From positions 18,905-82,904 of IMG/VR virus record IMGVR_UViG_3300035670_007376: DNA of 64,000 bases; one strand, written 5' to 3'. Below, in pieces: positions 10,347 through 19,479 of this stretch. The notes beneath the pieces were generated by a model, which searched no databases, was not told where the DNA came from, and saw only the letters and a program-made list of their open reading frames with translations. Both the position numbers and the translations under genes were made by a program. The stretch comes from a virus. Taxonomy: Duplodnaviria; Heunggongvirae; Uroviricota; Caudoviricetes. The number at the start of each line of letters is the position of its first letter. Positions within the stretch are counted from its first letter, which is position 1.

Positions 10347-11131
10347 TGGAAGAGGTTAAATTATTTTGGAGTTTTGATAGTAGGATGAATCTTTATGGTG
10401 ATAATGAATATCTTTATGACCTTTATCGTGCATCAATGTTAAGGGCCAAAAAATTGGGGTACACAGTCCATTTTTACGGAGATAATTTCGCAATTGAAAA
10501 ATTCGGAGACGTTATTGACACACCTTTCGATATAACAGATAAACATTTCAACATCGTTGATGACTTGAAAACGTTTGTACACGAAGACCAAGATTTAAAT
10601 TGTGTCACGATTGATGGTGACTTAATATTACATGACAGATTGGTGTTTCCCGATTACGAAACTACACATGTTTATTTTGATTTTCCTGAAACAAAAAATG
10701 ATATATTAAAAGAGGAGAACAACATCTACAACGGTTATGGTGATTTGAAGAAGATGTTTGAAAAGTATAACACACATTATTTTTTTCCATCATTTAATTA
10801 TGACAATGATTTCGCTTGTAACACGGGACTAATCAAATTCAATAATCAAGAAACAAAAGATTTATTTCTTAATCAATTTAAATCACTAAAAAACTATTTT
10901 GTGGGTAATATTGAACCATATGAAAATGTTAACACTGAAGAAAGTAATTCTAAACTTAGAAAAATACGATTTATTATTGCTCAGTATCACTTCGGTTGTC
11001 TTTCTGCTACAAATAATATCCCTACAATTTTTCTAAAACAACATAACAATTATGTACATCTTTTTGGTAATGAAAAGTTCTACGACCACAATAAAGAAAT
11101 GATATATAAAATCATAGAAAACAATGGGTAA
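10346..11131 (+). CDS. hypothetical protein
   Basis: 261-aa ORF with ATG directly after the upstream stop. Confidence 0.45.
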   Translation: MEEVKLFWSFDSRMNLYGDNEYLYDLYRASMLRAKKLGYTVHFYGDNFAIEKFGDVIDTPFDITDKHFNIVDDLKTFVHEDQDLNCVTIDGDLILHDRLVFPDYETTHVYFDFPETKNDILKEENNIYNGYGDLKKMFEKYNTHYFFPSFNYDNDFACNTGLIKFNNQETKDLFLNQFKSLKNYFVGNIEPYENVNTEESNSKLRKIRFIIAQYHFGCLSATNNIPTIFLKQHNNYVHLFGNEKFYDHNKEMIYKIIENNG

Positions 11132-11858
11132 AAGAATATGTGCATTTAGTCAAACGTATGGAAATGATAGAGAAGAATTATATGAGTATCTAAAAAATGA
11201 TAATTCATCAATCAACTTCAGGAATTCGTTCGATTTAAATTTATATTCTTTTCACAATTCAAGTCGTGAATATATTGATAGGATTAAAAAAGAAGAGTAT
11301 TTCACAAAATTAAAAAATCTAAAACTAATAGAGTTTAATAATATTGAATACACTCATACGTTAAGAAACGTGTTATATGGACTATTAGATGAAGGGTACG
11401 ATTACATTTTTTATTTACAAGACGATTGTTTCACACATGAATCTCATCGAGATATAACAGACTTAATCGATTTTATAAAAAATGAAGACTTCAACATGTT
11501 ATATCTTGAGTCTGACGGTTACTATATAAACAGTGACACAATTAGGTTCAAAAAAGACACATTAACAGTATATGACACCACTACCCAAGACTTCTTTAAA
11601 CGAAATGGTTGGGGGATGGACGATGGTGCTTATATTGCTAACATAAAGTTCCTTTTGGATAAAGTTTATGACGAAAAGTACTTCTCAATCGGTTCAATAC
11701 AGAAAGCCGAACAACACCTCTCATCAAAGTTCTCAACTTTAAATTTAGAGAGATTAACACCCAATTTTAAATTATACAGAAGATTTAGTATCGTTGGACC
11801 AAATGCACATTGGGACGAATCAAAAGAAAGACAGATGTTGGTAGAAAAGTTCAAATAA
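11124..11858 (+). CDS. hypothetical protein
   Basis: 244-aa ORF packed in the operon. Confidence 0.45.
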   Translation: MGKRICAFSQTYGNDREELYEYLKNDNSSINFRNSFDLNLYSFHNSSREYIDRIKKEEYFTKLKNLKLIEFNNIEYTHTLRNVLYGLLDEGYDYIFYLQDDCFTHESHRDITDLIDFIKNEDFNMLYLESDGYYINSDTIRFKKDTLTVYDTTTQDFFKRNGWGMDDGAYIANIKFLLDKVYDEKYFSIGSIQKAEQHLSSKFSTLNLERLTPNFKLYRRFSIVGPNAHWDESKERQMLVEKFK

Positions 11859-11896
11859 ATTGACTTTTTCAATAAAATATCTTATATTCTCTTATT

Positions 11897-12334
11897 ATGA
11901 TATATTGGTTTACAGGTCAACCTGGTGCAGGAAAAACAACATTAGCTAAACACTTAGTAACGTTCCTTTCAAATACGGGTAAGGTCATTCACATTGACGG
12001 AGACGATTTGAGAGACATTTTCCAAAATAAGGATTATTCGGAAAATGGTCGACGTAAAAACATAGAAAGGGCTCAAGATATTGCCCAATTTATGAATGAA
12101 AAGGGTTACGATGTTGTGGTATCTTTAGTGTCACCATATAAAGACCAAAGAGAAGAATTAAAATTAAAAACATCGGTAATTGAAATATTTGTTCATACCT
12201 CAGAAGAACGAGGTCGTGAAAATTTTCATGTCATTAACTACGAAAAACCTGAAGAAAATTTTGTGGAAATGGATACCACAGAAAATTCTGATGTTGAATC
12301 GTTTATTGAATTAATTAGTAAAATAGATTTATGA
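11897..12334 (+). CDS. cysC: adenylyl-sulfate (APS) kinase, short form
   Basis: P-loop GQPGAGKTT, then HIDGDDLRD (CysC LDGDNVR). NGRRKNIERAQDIAQF...VVVSLVSPYKDQRE...IEIFVHTS follow the CysC layout. Confidence 0.65.
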   Translation: MIYWFTGQPGAGKTTLAKHLVTFLSNTGKVIHIDGDDLRDIFQNKDYSENGRRKNIERAQDIAQFMNEKGYDVVVSLVSPYKDQREELKLKTSVIEIFVHTSEERGRENFHVINYEKPEENFVEMDTTENSDVESFIELISKIDL

Positions 12335-12711
12335 GTAAAAAATATGCAATGTACGTGGGTCGTTGGCAAAATTGGCACAAAGGACACGAATGGTTAATTA
12401 GACAACAATTAGACCAAGGTAAAAATGTTTGGGTAGCAATTAGAGACGTTGAAGTGGATGAGAATAATCCCAAAACTGCTAGAGAAGTGTTCGATTCATT
12501 AATCACCGAACCATTCTTTAACGATAATTTTGATAAAATCCTTCTATCGATAATTCCTGATATTGAAAGTATCAATTATGGTAGAGGTGTTGGATATGAT
12601 GTTATTTACCATGAACCGCCGAGTGACATTGCAACAATCAGTGGTACTGCCATCCGTACTGGTCATATGACACCAGATGGTAAAATAAAATATGATGAAA
12701 CGAAAGGGTAA
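12331..12711 (+). CDS. HIGH-motif nucleotidyltransferase (cytidylyltransferase-like: TagD / RfaE-domain-II / NMNAT class)
   Basis: YVGRWQNWHKGHEWL is the (F)xGxFxxxHxGH motif and a C-terminal ISGTAIRTG (ISSTxIR-like) is present. 126 aa, like TagD. Confidence 0.6.
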   Translation: MSKKYAMYVGRWQNWHKGHEWLIRQQLDQGKNVWVAIRDVEVDENNPKTAREVFDSLITEPFFNDNFDKILLSIIPDIESINYGRGVGYDVIYHEPPSDIATISGTAIRTGHMTPDGKIKYDETKG

Positions 12712-12716
12712 TCTAT

Positions 12717-12938
12717 ATGATTGTAGAAAGAAAACGACATATTGCTAAAACAATTTCATATAGAGTTATATCTACGTTAATTGGGTTTGTTGTAATGTGG
12801 TGGGTAAGTGGGTCAGTTAAGGTTGGTGCGGTTTTCGGGGTTACGGAATTAATTTATAAACCCATTCAATACTATCTTCATGAAAGAATATGGTATAAAT
12901 GGGTAAAATATGGACTTAGAAGAGGTGAAAAATCGTAA
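12717..12938 (+). CDS. DUF2061-like small membrane protein
   Basis: KTISYRVISTLIGFVV...YYLHERIWYKW matches DUF2061, a domain otherwise found fused to or next to APS kinases. Confidence 0.55.
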   Translation: MIVERKRHIAKTISYRVISTLIGFVVMWWVSGSVKVGAVFGVTELIYKPIQYYLHERIWYKWVKYGLRRGEKS

Positions 12939-13392
12939 ATTAAAACTATTATTAAACTTTTTAAGTAAAGAAGAATGTATTAACATCATTAATGGTAGTT
13001 ACAATCTTGAGATTTTAAAGAATAGAATATTACGGGAAATTGAAAAAAATTTTGTAACACAATTTAAAGGTTTTTATATTGGAGACTTTGTTGATTTAAA
13101 AATTGAGAAATATAACACAGAACAAAAATATAAAGATTTTGAAAAGAAAGGGGATGAAACATACGTTTCGTTTTCATTACAATTAAATAGTAACTACGAA
13201 GATGGTTTTTTTCAGTTTTTAGTTGATGATGGAAATAGATACTTCCAAGTCCATCATGGTTTGGGACATCTCATTTTATATTTTTCTGACTTACCAAAAA
13301 GGACTACTCCGGTTACAAATGGGACTAAGTACACGTTGGTTGGGTCGTTACCATTAATTAAAAAAACTAATAATAAAAACACACTTTTATAA
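12910..13392 (+). CDS. P4H-like 2OG-Fe(II) oxygenase paralog with degenerate motifs
   Basis: It shares the N-terminal LSKEECINIING motif and the middle block VSFSLQLNSNYEDGFFQF with ORF 13392 (TTVIFQLNDEYEDGEIKY). The HxD motif is not evident. Confidence 0.4.
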   Translation: MDLEEVKNRKLKLLLNFLSKEECINIINGSYNLEILKNRILREIEKNFVTQFKGFYIGDFVDLKIEKYNTEQKYKDFEKKGDETYVSFSLQLNSNYEDGFFQFLVDDGNRYFQVHHGLGHLILYFSDLPKRTTPVTNGTKYTLVGSLPLIKKTNNKNTLL

Positions 13393-13961
13393 TGTTTCAC
13401 AAATTAATTGAAGATTATTTAACACCTGACGAATGTAATTTCATTATCAATATGGGTAAATCGATTGGGTTACATAAGATGACTTCAGCAAAATTTGTTA
13501 ACGGAATTTACGCCGAAACATCGTTAAATGAAGACACCAATAAAAGAAAGGGGTGTTATTTTGTTGAGAATGATTTGAATAAACCCCAAATAAAAATAAT
13601 ATCCGAAAGGATTGTAAAAACCTTAAATGATTTAAAAATTTTTAACGGATTAGTTTATCATACAATCCCTAAGTACTCCTTTAATGAGTATACTGAAGAT
13701 GATTTTTTAGATTGGCATTCGGATTCACATGAAATATTATATGGTGCATCAACTACTGTTATTTTTCAATTAAATGACGAATATGAAGATGGTGAAATCA
13801 AGTATTTAATTGAAGGTATTGAATATTCGGTACCAAAGAAATGTGGTAGTATCTTTATTTTCGACTCTAATATCCCACATTCAGTTGATAAAATAAAATC
13901 GGGTATTAGATATTCATTAAACGTTTGGCCATCATCAAAGAAAAAAACAAATTTACTATGA
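13392..13961 (+). CDS. prolyl-4-hydroxylase-like 2OG-Fe(II) oxygenase
   Basis: HSDSHE (HxD), PHSV (second His) and RYSLNVW (Arg) are in P4Hc order. N-terminal LTPDECNFIIN. Confidence 0.6.
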   Translation: MFHKLIEDYLTPDECNFIINMGKSIGLHKMTSAKFVNGIYAETSLNEDTNKRKGCYFVENDLNKPQIKIISERIVKTLNDLKIFNGLVYHTIPKYSFNEYTEDDFLDWHSDSHEILYGASTTVIFQLNDEYEDGEIKYLIEGIEYSVPKKCGSIFIFDSNIPHSVDKIKSGIRYSLNVWPSSKKKTNLL

Positions 13962-15202
13962 AAAAAATTGTAATTGTTGGTGGAGGTACTGCTGGTTGGT
14001 TAACATCATTAGTGGTAAATAAATTTTGGAAAAACACCACAATCACTATTGTGGAGAGTTCTAAAATTGGAATATTGGGAGCAGGAGAAGGTGGTACCTC
14101 CAACTTCGGTAAAATGTTATCATTATTAGACATTAATCAAAACGAATTTTTTGAGAAAACTAAATCAACTGTAAAAGGTGGATTGCATCTTTATAATTGG
14201 ACTGGTAAAAATGAACTATCTAAACATCTATTTTTTGGTGATAATCCAAATGAAACTAATAAATCTTACGCATACCATTTTGATGCTCGATTAGTTGCGA
14301 AATATTTTAAAGAAATTGCATTGAGTAGAGGGGTTGAATGGATTGACGGAGAAGTTGATGAAATTAAAAAAGAAAATGATAAAATTACCGAATTACATTT
14401 AAAAGATAACAGAGTAATAGAATTAGACTTTGTTTTTGACTGTAGTGGGTTTTCTAAAATCATAGTAGATGGTATACATAAAGAAGAATGGATTAGTTAT
14501 ACCAAATATCTTATGATGAACAAAGCGATTGTTTTCTTTTTACCGCAAGAAAATGAGTATAAATTAAATGACAAAACTTATACCGAAATGTTATCCATGG
14601 ATTGTGGTTGGATGTTTAAAATCCCATTGCAACATAGGTGGGGATGTGGGTACGTATTTAATGATAAGTATTTAACTGTGGAAGATGCAAAGAAAGAAGT
14701 GGAAAACCATTTAGGTCAAGAGGTTATATTACAAAACGTCTTTAATTTTAATCCTGGAACACATAAAAGAAGTTGGATTAGTAATAGTATATCGATAGGG
14801 TTATCATACGGTTTCATTGAACCTTTAGAGGCAACATCGTTGATGTCAACAATAATGCAACTAAAGAAATTAATTGATATTAATTTCGACGAGGGTAATA
14901 TGGACAAATACAATAATTGGTGTTATCAAATAAACGAACAGAATTTAAACTTTATAAGGTATCACTATTTGTGTGAAAGAGACGACACTCAATTTTGGAG
15001 AGACTGTACATCGATGCCGATACCTAACAAATTAAAAAAAATACTCGATAAAAACAATTCAATCATTGCCAAGAATGATGTGGAGTTACTAAAATTATTC
15101 GAATTAGAAGACATTACACCAAACGAACTTACATTTTTTGTGAAGAATTATTTGACAATATTTAAAAAGAATAAAAAATCGAACAAAAAAGAATTGATAT
15201 AA
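13958..15202 (+). CDS. flavin-dependent (tryptophan-type) halogenase
   Basis: MKKIVIVGGGTAGW...ILGAGEGGTSNF matches the PrnA/RebH N-terminus. The conserved Lys lies in STVKGGLHLYNW. GWMFKIPL is a WxWxIP variant with the second W replaced by F. The track start at 13925 is a TTG. The ATG at 13958 overlaps the upstream stop as ATGA. Confidence 0.7.
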   Translation: MKKIVIVGGGTAGWLTSLVVNKFWKNTTITIVESSKIGILGAGEGGTSNFGKMLSLLDINQNEFFEKTKSTVKGGLHLYNWTGKNELSKHLFFGDNPNETNKSYAYHFDARLVAKYFKEIALSRGVEWIDGEVDEIKKENDKITELHLKDNRVIELDFVFDCSGFSKIIVDGIHKEEWISYTKYLMMNKAIVFFLPQENEYKLNDKTYTEMLSMDCGWMFKIPLQHRWGCGYVFNDKYLTVEDAKKEVENHLGQEVILQNVFNFNPGTHKRSWISNSISIGLSYGFIEPLEATSLMSTIMQLKKLIDINFDEGNMDKYNNWCYQINEQNLNFIRYHYLCERDDTQFWRDCTSMPIPNKLKKILDKNNSIIAKNDVELLKLFELEDITPNELTFFVKNYLTIFKKNKKSNKKELI

Positions 15203-15203
15203 T

Positions 15204-15854
15204 ATGGAAAAAATGTATTTCGACGATAATACTTACATTTGGAAAACCAAACTAAATCTAAGTCATTTAAAAGAAAAAATTGTTTTAGAAGCAAAGGATG
15301 TGATTGATTCACAACCAGATATAAAGACGGATGGGTTTGCTTATAAAAAAGAAGATAAAAACATTAATTTTATGGGTGAAGTTACAATTAAAAATAATTT
15401 AGATGAGATTGTACAAACCGGTATAAATTTATGTAAAGAATTATATGAGGAAACAAAAACACCCTATAATAGAATAAACACCGATGCGTGGGTTAACGTA
15501 GTACGTTCAAAAAATCCTGTACAGTTACAGTTTAGACACGAAGAATTAAAACACGTTGATAAGTACCATGTACATACAGTCATTAATAAAGAAATGAATT
15601 CCTTCGTACCACACTATACATATGTTTATTATATACAGATGCCTAATATTATGGATGGGGACGACGGTGTGTTATATTTTAAAAATGAAAACAATGACGA
15701 ATTTTGGATTAGACCTGAGGAGGATGATTTAATAATAATGGAAGCAACTATGCCACATGCACCAAATAATGCACCACTGTCAACAAATGATAGAATTGTT
15801 ATGGCTGGTAATGTTGGGTTTGAGTATATCAAAAAAGAAAAATCATTAATATAA
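15204..15854 (+). CDS. 2OG-Fe(II) oxygenase-like cupin (TIGR02466-type)
   Basis: DGVLYFKNENNDEFWIRPEEDDLIIMEATMPHAPNN...DRIVMAGNVGF fits the G.l.F.dP...i.P..G.lvlFPs.l.H.V...eRISISFN pattern. Confidence 0.45.
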   Translation: MEKMYFDDNTYIWKTKLNLSHLKEKIVLEAKDVIDSQPDIKTDGFAYKKEDKNINFMGEVTIKNNLDEIVQTGINLCKELYEETKTPYNRINTDAWVNVVRSKNPVQLQFRHEELKHVDKYHVHTVINKEMNSFVPHYTYVYYIQMPNIMDGDDGVLYFKNENNDEFWIRPEEDDLIIMEATMPHAPNNAPLSTNDRIVMAGNVGFEYIKKEKSLI

Positions 15855-16645
15855 TGTTAATAGATAATAAATTCATTTATTTAAGTTTACCAAGATGTGC
15901 ATCCACGTCATTTCATTATTCTTGTATCTTAAATAATTTAGACGTTAAAACTTGTGATGACGGTTGGACAAAAGAGAATAGTAATATTGACTTCACCAAA
16001 ATAAATAAAGTTGATATAATGAATTACATCTACCATGGACATGAAAGTTTGACTGATTTACAGTTAAAATTTGGTTCAGAATTTCCAATTATTGCGGTTA
16101 GAAGAGAAAGACATGAAAGGTTCTTTTCACTTTATAAACATATTTTATCAGATTTTAAAAGATTTGGTTTAGATGATTTTTATGATTTATTTTCTAAATT
16201 AACAGTAGATGAATTGTTTTTCTTTACTAAAAATGACCTATTAACCAAAAAATCAATTTGGACAAAAATTTTCACTTTTTTAGTCGATAGAGGATTGTTT
16301 GATAAAAACATGACAATGGATAAGGTGATTGCACCAATGAAGAAAAGGGGTGACTACTACAGACAAGATAAAAACCTCTATATAATCAACATATTAGAAA
16401 TCCTACTAACCCCAATATCAACATTAACAAACAATAGTAATAAAATTATTTGGTTTGACTTCAATAGAATGGGTGAAATGGAAGAATGGGTTTCAAATAT
16501 TACACGTAAACCGTTTAAGTTAGAATCTGTGAATTCAAGTAAACACATTGAATGTAGAATTGAGTTTAATGATGAATTTATTATGAAATACGATGAGATT
16601 TATGATTTTTATGATTTACAAAAAGAAAAAATAACACTAATATAA
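15854..16645 (+). CDS. sulfotransferase-like protein
   Basis: 5'-PSB-like LSLPRCASTSFHY and a 3'-PB-like VRRERHERFFSLY (R...S). Confidence 0.45.
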   Translation: MLIDNKFIYLSLPRCASTSFHYSCILNNLDVKTCDDGWTKENSNIDFTKINKVDIMNYIYHGHESLTDLQLKFGSEFPIIAVRRERHERFFSLYKHILSDFKRFGLDDFYDLFSKLTVDELFFFTKNDLLTKKSIWTKIFTFLVDRGLFDKNMTMDKVIAPMKKRGDYYRQDKNLYIINILEILLTPISTLTNNSNKIIWFDFNRMGEMEEWVSNITRKPFKLESVNSSKHIECRIEFNDEFIMKYDEIYDFYDLQKEKITLI

Positions 16646-16713
16646 AATTATATATTTATATATAAGATTTAAAAACAAAAAATAAATATTTATATTAAAA
16701 GAAACTAAATATT

Positions 16714-18210
16714 ATGAAAGGAACAATTATTGGTACCGATTTATTAGAGAAGGGAGACTCAGTAAAAATACTGGAAATCAACACAAACACAACGATTTAT
16801 AATTCTGGTGCAGATATGTTAGATTATGACACATTTTTTTCGGTTTTAACTGGAAATAACATAACAGAATTACATTTTATATATACGGAGAGTTCCTCAC
16901 ACACACCATTACCAAGTGAATTTAGATTTGAGAGAAGATTGATTGATAAATGTACCGAACTAAACATTACATATTATCCATATTTGGTACCTAGAAATTC
17001 AGTTACTGTTCCATATATCGAAGATTCTTCGAATAAGTTCATATTGAGACAATCTTTTGATACTACGGCATTAGTTGACGAAACATATTGTGCTGACAAA
17101 TTTGAGTTTTTCAAATTAATGAGTGGGTCGACTTATGTTCCAAATACATTCTTTAATTCGACAGGTATTAACATGGACACTCTATCAACGATTGACACAT
17201 CTAACACAGGACACCCAAACATTATAAAAAAACACAGATATCCACTATACGAACCAATGGATTATCCTGAGATTTATGTCTTAAATGATAATCAAGAATT
17301 AACGGACTTAAAGTCAAATAACAATCCCGAATCAAATAACTTAATACAAGAATTTATTTATGATGATGCAAATCTTGTAGATGGTAGATACAGTATAATA
17401 AGAAGTATTGATATTATTTATGGACCAACCTTAGATGTAATCAATTTGGGTGGATATCGACAATCAACAATTATCCCGTTATCTTTTACTGAAAACGAAT
17501 TCGTGGAAAACACTAATAAAATAAATCAAAAAACTAGATACAAATATATCACAAAAGAACTTGGTAATTTCTCAACAATAAATTATCACGTAGATGATGA
17601 TACCATGATTTTAAATTATGATGGTACATTAATAGATGTTGATACAATACAATTGGGTAATTTTATTAAATCAATTAATTTTCAAGATAATAATGGGAAT
17701 AATGCTGGAGACTTCCAAGAAGAAATACTTTCCGTATATGGATGGGATGGAACAATTGAAAAAACAAACGAAACATTGGAAGTGCTACAATCAGAATTAT
17801 TAGGAAAAACATCTGCGAATGTTGACACTATCTTTATAAGAATAACTCTATCAAACGGATTAACATGGAATGATTCACCAAGTTGTAAATATTATATTGA
17901 GGAATCGGGTTCTACATATACTAGATTTGAAAAAGTTAATAACATGGTTATTGGTGATAAATTAGTTGTAACCGATTCACAAACAAACCAACTAACAACT
18001 GTTGAAATAACTGGTTTAGAAATGGAATATGCGGTTAAAACAATTTATGACTTGGATTTTGAACCGTCTGATTTATTTTTAGTGGATATTGGTGATGGAT
18101 TGTTTGGTGTGATGCATAACTCATGTTGGTGTCCATGGAATTATTGTGGTTATTATTGTAATTCGTGGTATTGCCCTTCATGTTCAGGAGGAGGAATTCC
18201 AAAATTCTAA
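16714..18210 (+). CDS. hypothetical protein with Hint/intein-C-like terminus and 28-aa Cys-rich tail
   Basis: The C-terminus ...TIYDLDFEPSDLFLVDIGDGLFGVMHN|SCWCPWNYCGYYCNSWYCPSCSGGGIPKF resembles intein block F/G (vYDleVe..hnF.angilvHN followed by Cys/Ser). An upstream SCKYYIEESG...GDKLVV resembles block A. Confidence 0.5.
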   Translation: MKGTIIGTDLLEKGDSVKILEINTNTTIYNSGADMLDYDTFFSVLTGNNITELHFIYTESSSHTPLPSEFRFERRLIDKCTELNITYYPYLVPRNSVTVPYIEDSSNKFILRQSFDTTALVDETYCADKFEFFKLMSGSTYVPNTFFNSTGINMDTLSTIDTSNTGHPNIIKKHRYPLYEPMDYPEIYVLNDNQELTDLKSNNNPESNNLIQEFIYDDANLVDGRYSIIRSIDIIYGPTLDVINLGGYRQSTIIPLSFTENEFVENTNKINQKTRYKYITKELGNFSTINYHVDDDTMILNYDGTLIDVDTIQLGNFIKSINFQDNNGNNAGDFQEEILSVYGWDGTIEKTNETLEVLQSELLGKTSANVDTIFIRITLSNGLTWNDSPSCKYYIEESGSTYTRFEKVNNMVIGDKLVVTDSQTNQLTTVEITGLEMEYAVKTIYDLDFEPSDLFLVDIGDGLFGVMHNSCWCPWNYCGYYCNSWYCPSCSGGGIPKF

Positions 18211-18400
18211 AAAAATAAATAAAATTATATTATTATGGCACAAAGAGAAAGAATAGAAAGACCGGCGCAAACAATAAAAACGATAGTTGCTCCGATAACG
18301 TCGAATACTAAATTAAAAATTTCAACCGCAATACAAGTTGTTGTTGATAAAATAAAAGAAAAACATCTCGGATAAAATGTAAAAAAAATTCTTTTATATT

Positions 18401-18967
18401 GTGAATTATATCATAAACAATAATTTTTGTGATAAAGAGCAAGCCAATAAAATAATTGATTTTTGTATTAAATTTGGTGAACCCTTTTCATATGTTCCAA
18501 CGGAAAGTTGGGATTGTAGAAGGGTTTATGATAATAAATTTAAAGAGGAGATTATTAATTTATTGGTAGATAAGTATAGAAACGGTGATTTTAAATTATG
18601 GTTCGACTATAACACATTCAATCTAAAGAATTTCAATATTAGTTTAACGTCATATTATGACGGGAGATATCTTAATTTACATAAAGATAAAACAAGTGAA
18701 TTGACAACCGTTATTGTTTTATCTGAAGATTTTGAAGGTGGAAATTTTGTATTAACTGAAGACAAAAATCCACCTTTTCATTTTGAGACATTATCGGGTT
18801 TAACTTTATGTGATTTGAAACTCGGAGACTCCATTTCATTTAATGGTAGTGAAACGTACCATGGAGTTTTACCAGTAACTAAAGGAAAAAGAATTGCTCT
18901 AAACATATGGATGACCGAAACTGATTTTAACTACCCAAAAATTAAAAAAACTGAAACATTATTATGA
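18401..18967 (+). CDS. prolyl-4-hydroxylase-like 2OG-Fe(II) oxygenase
   Basis: LHKDKT (HxD), ETYHGV (His) and RIALNIW (Arg). The start is a GTG at 18401 and the 5' end is uncertain. Confidence 0.55.
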   Translation: MNYIINNNFCDKEQANKIIDFCIKFGEPFSYVPTESWDCRRVYDNKFKEEIINLLVDKYRNGDFKLWFDYNTFNLKNFNISLTSYYDGRYLNLHKDKTSELTTVIVLSEDFEGGNFVLTEDKNPPFHFETLSGLTLCDLKLGDSISFNGSETYHGVLPVTKGKRIALNIWMTETDFNYPKIKKTETLL

Positions 18968-19479
18968 GAATATTAATTATCTCATTACCAAGAACAGGTT
19001 CAACCTCCTTATTAAATAAGATTTCCAAAGAAAAAAAATTACAACCCCTATTTGAACCTTTTGATGGTTCTGGAAGAACACTATATTCGGATGATTTAAA
19101 GAATATCGTTCTAAAAACAATTGTATGTGAACAACACCCCAAAGACGTCGACAACTATATGGAGTGGATTACAAATTTTTCCAAAACATTTGATGAGGTG
19201 ATTTTATTGTCAAGAAAAGATTTAATTGCATGTGCTGAAAGTCATTCATATTGTGTCTTTAATAAAAGTAAAGGATTTACTTCATATAATAATTATTTGT
19301 GGGAAAAAACACCAATCGATGAAATTTGTTATAATAATGTAATCAAGTGGGATGGTTTTTTAAAAGAACTATCCATTAAATTAAAGACTCCGATTACATA
19401 TTATGAAGACATTTATGATATTAATAGTGAGGAAAGATTAAGAAAAGGTAATAAACCATCTAATCTAAATTTGATATAA
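18964..19479 (+). CDS. sulfotransferase (Sulfotransfer_3/Stf0-like)
   Basis: MRILIISLPRTGSTSLLNKI (5'-PSB loop) and LLSRKDLIACAES (3'-PB R...S). Confidence 0.6.
   Translation: MRILIISLPRTGSTSLLNKISKEKKLQPLFEPFDGSGRTLYSDDLKNIVLKTIVCEQHPKDVDNYMEWITNFSKTFDEVILLSRKDLIACAESHSYCVFNKSKGFTSYNNYLWEKTPIDEICYNNVIKWDGFLKELSIKLKTPITYYEDIYDINSEERLRKGNKPSNLNLI

Noticed and set aside
12315-12575. Minus-strand 86-aa ORF
   Set aside because: Antisense to the APS kinase and nucleotidyltransferase genes.
17875-18210. Bona fide intein in ORF 16714
   Set aside because: The Hint-like segment is about 79 aa and no block B TxxH was found. It is too short for a canonical intein. It is kept only as a Hint-like C-terminal processing hypothesis.
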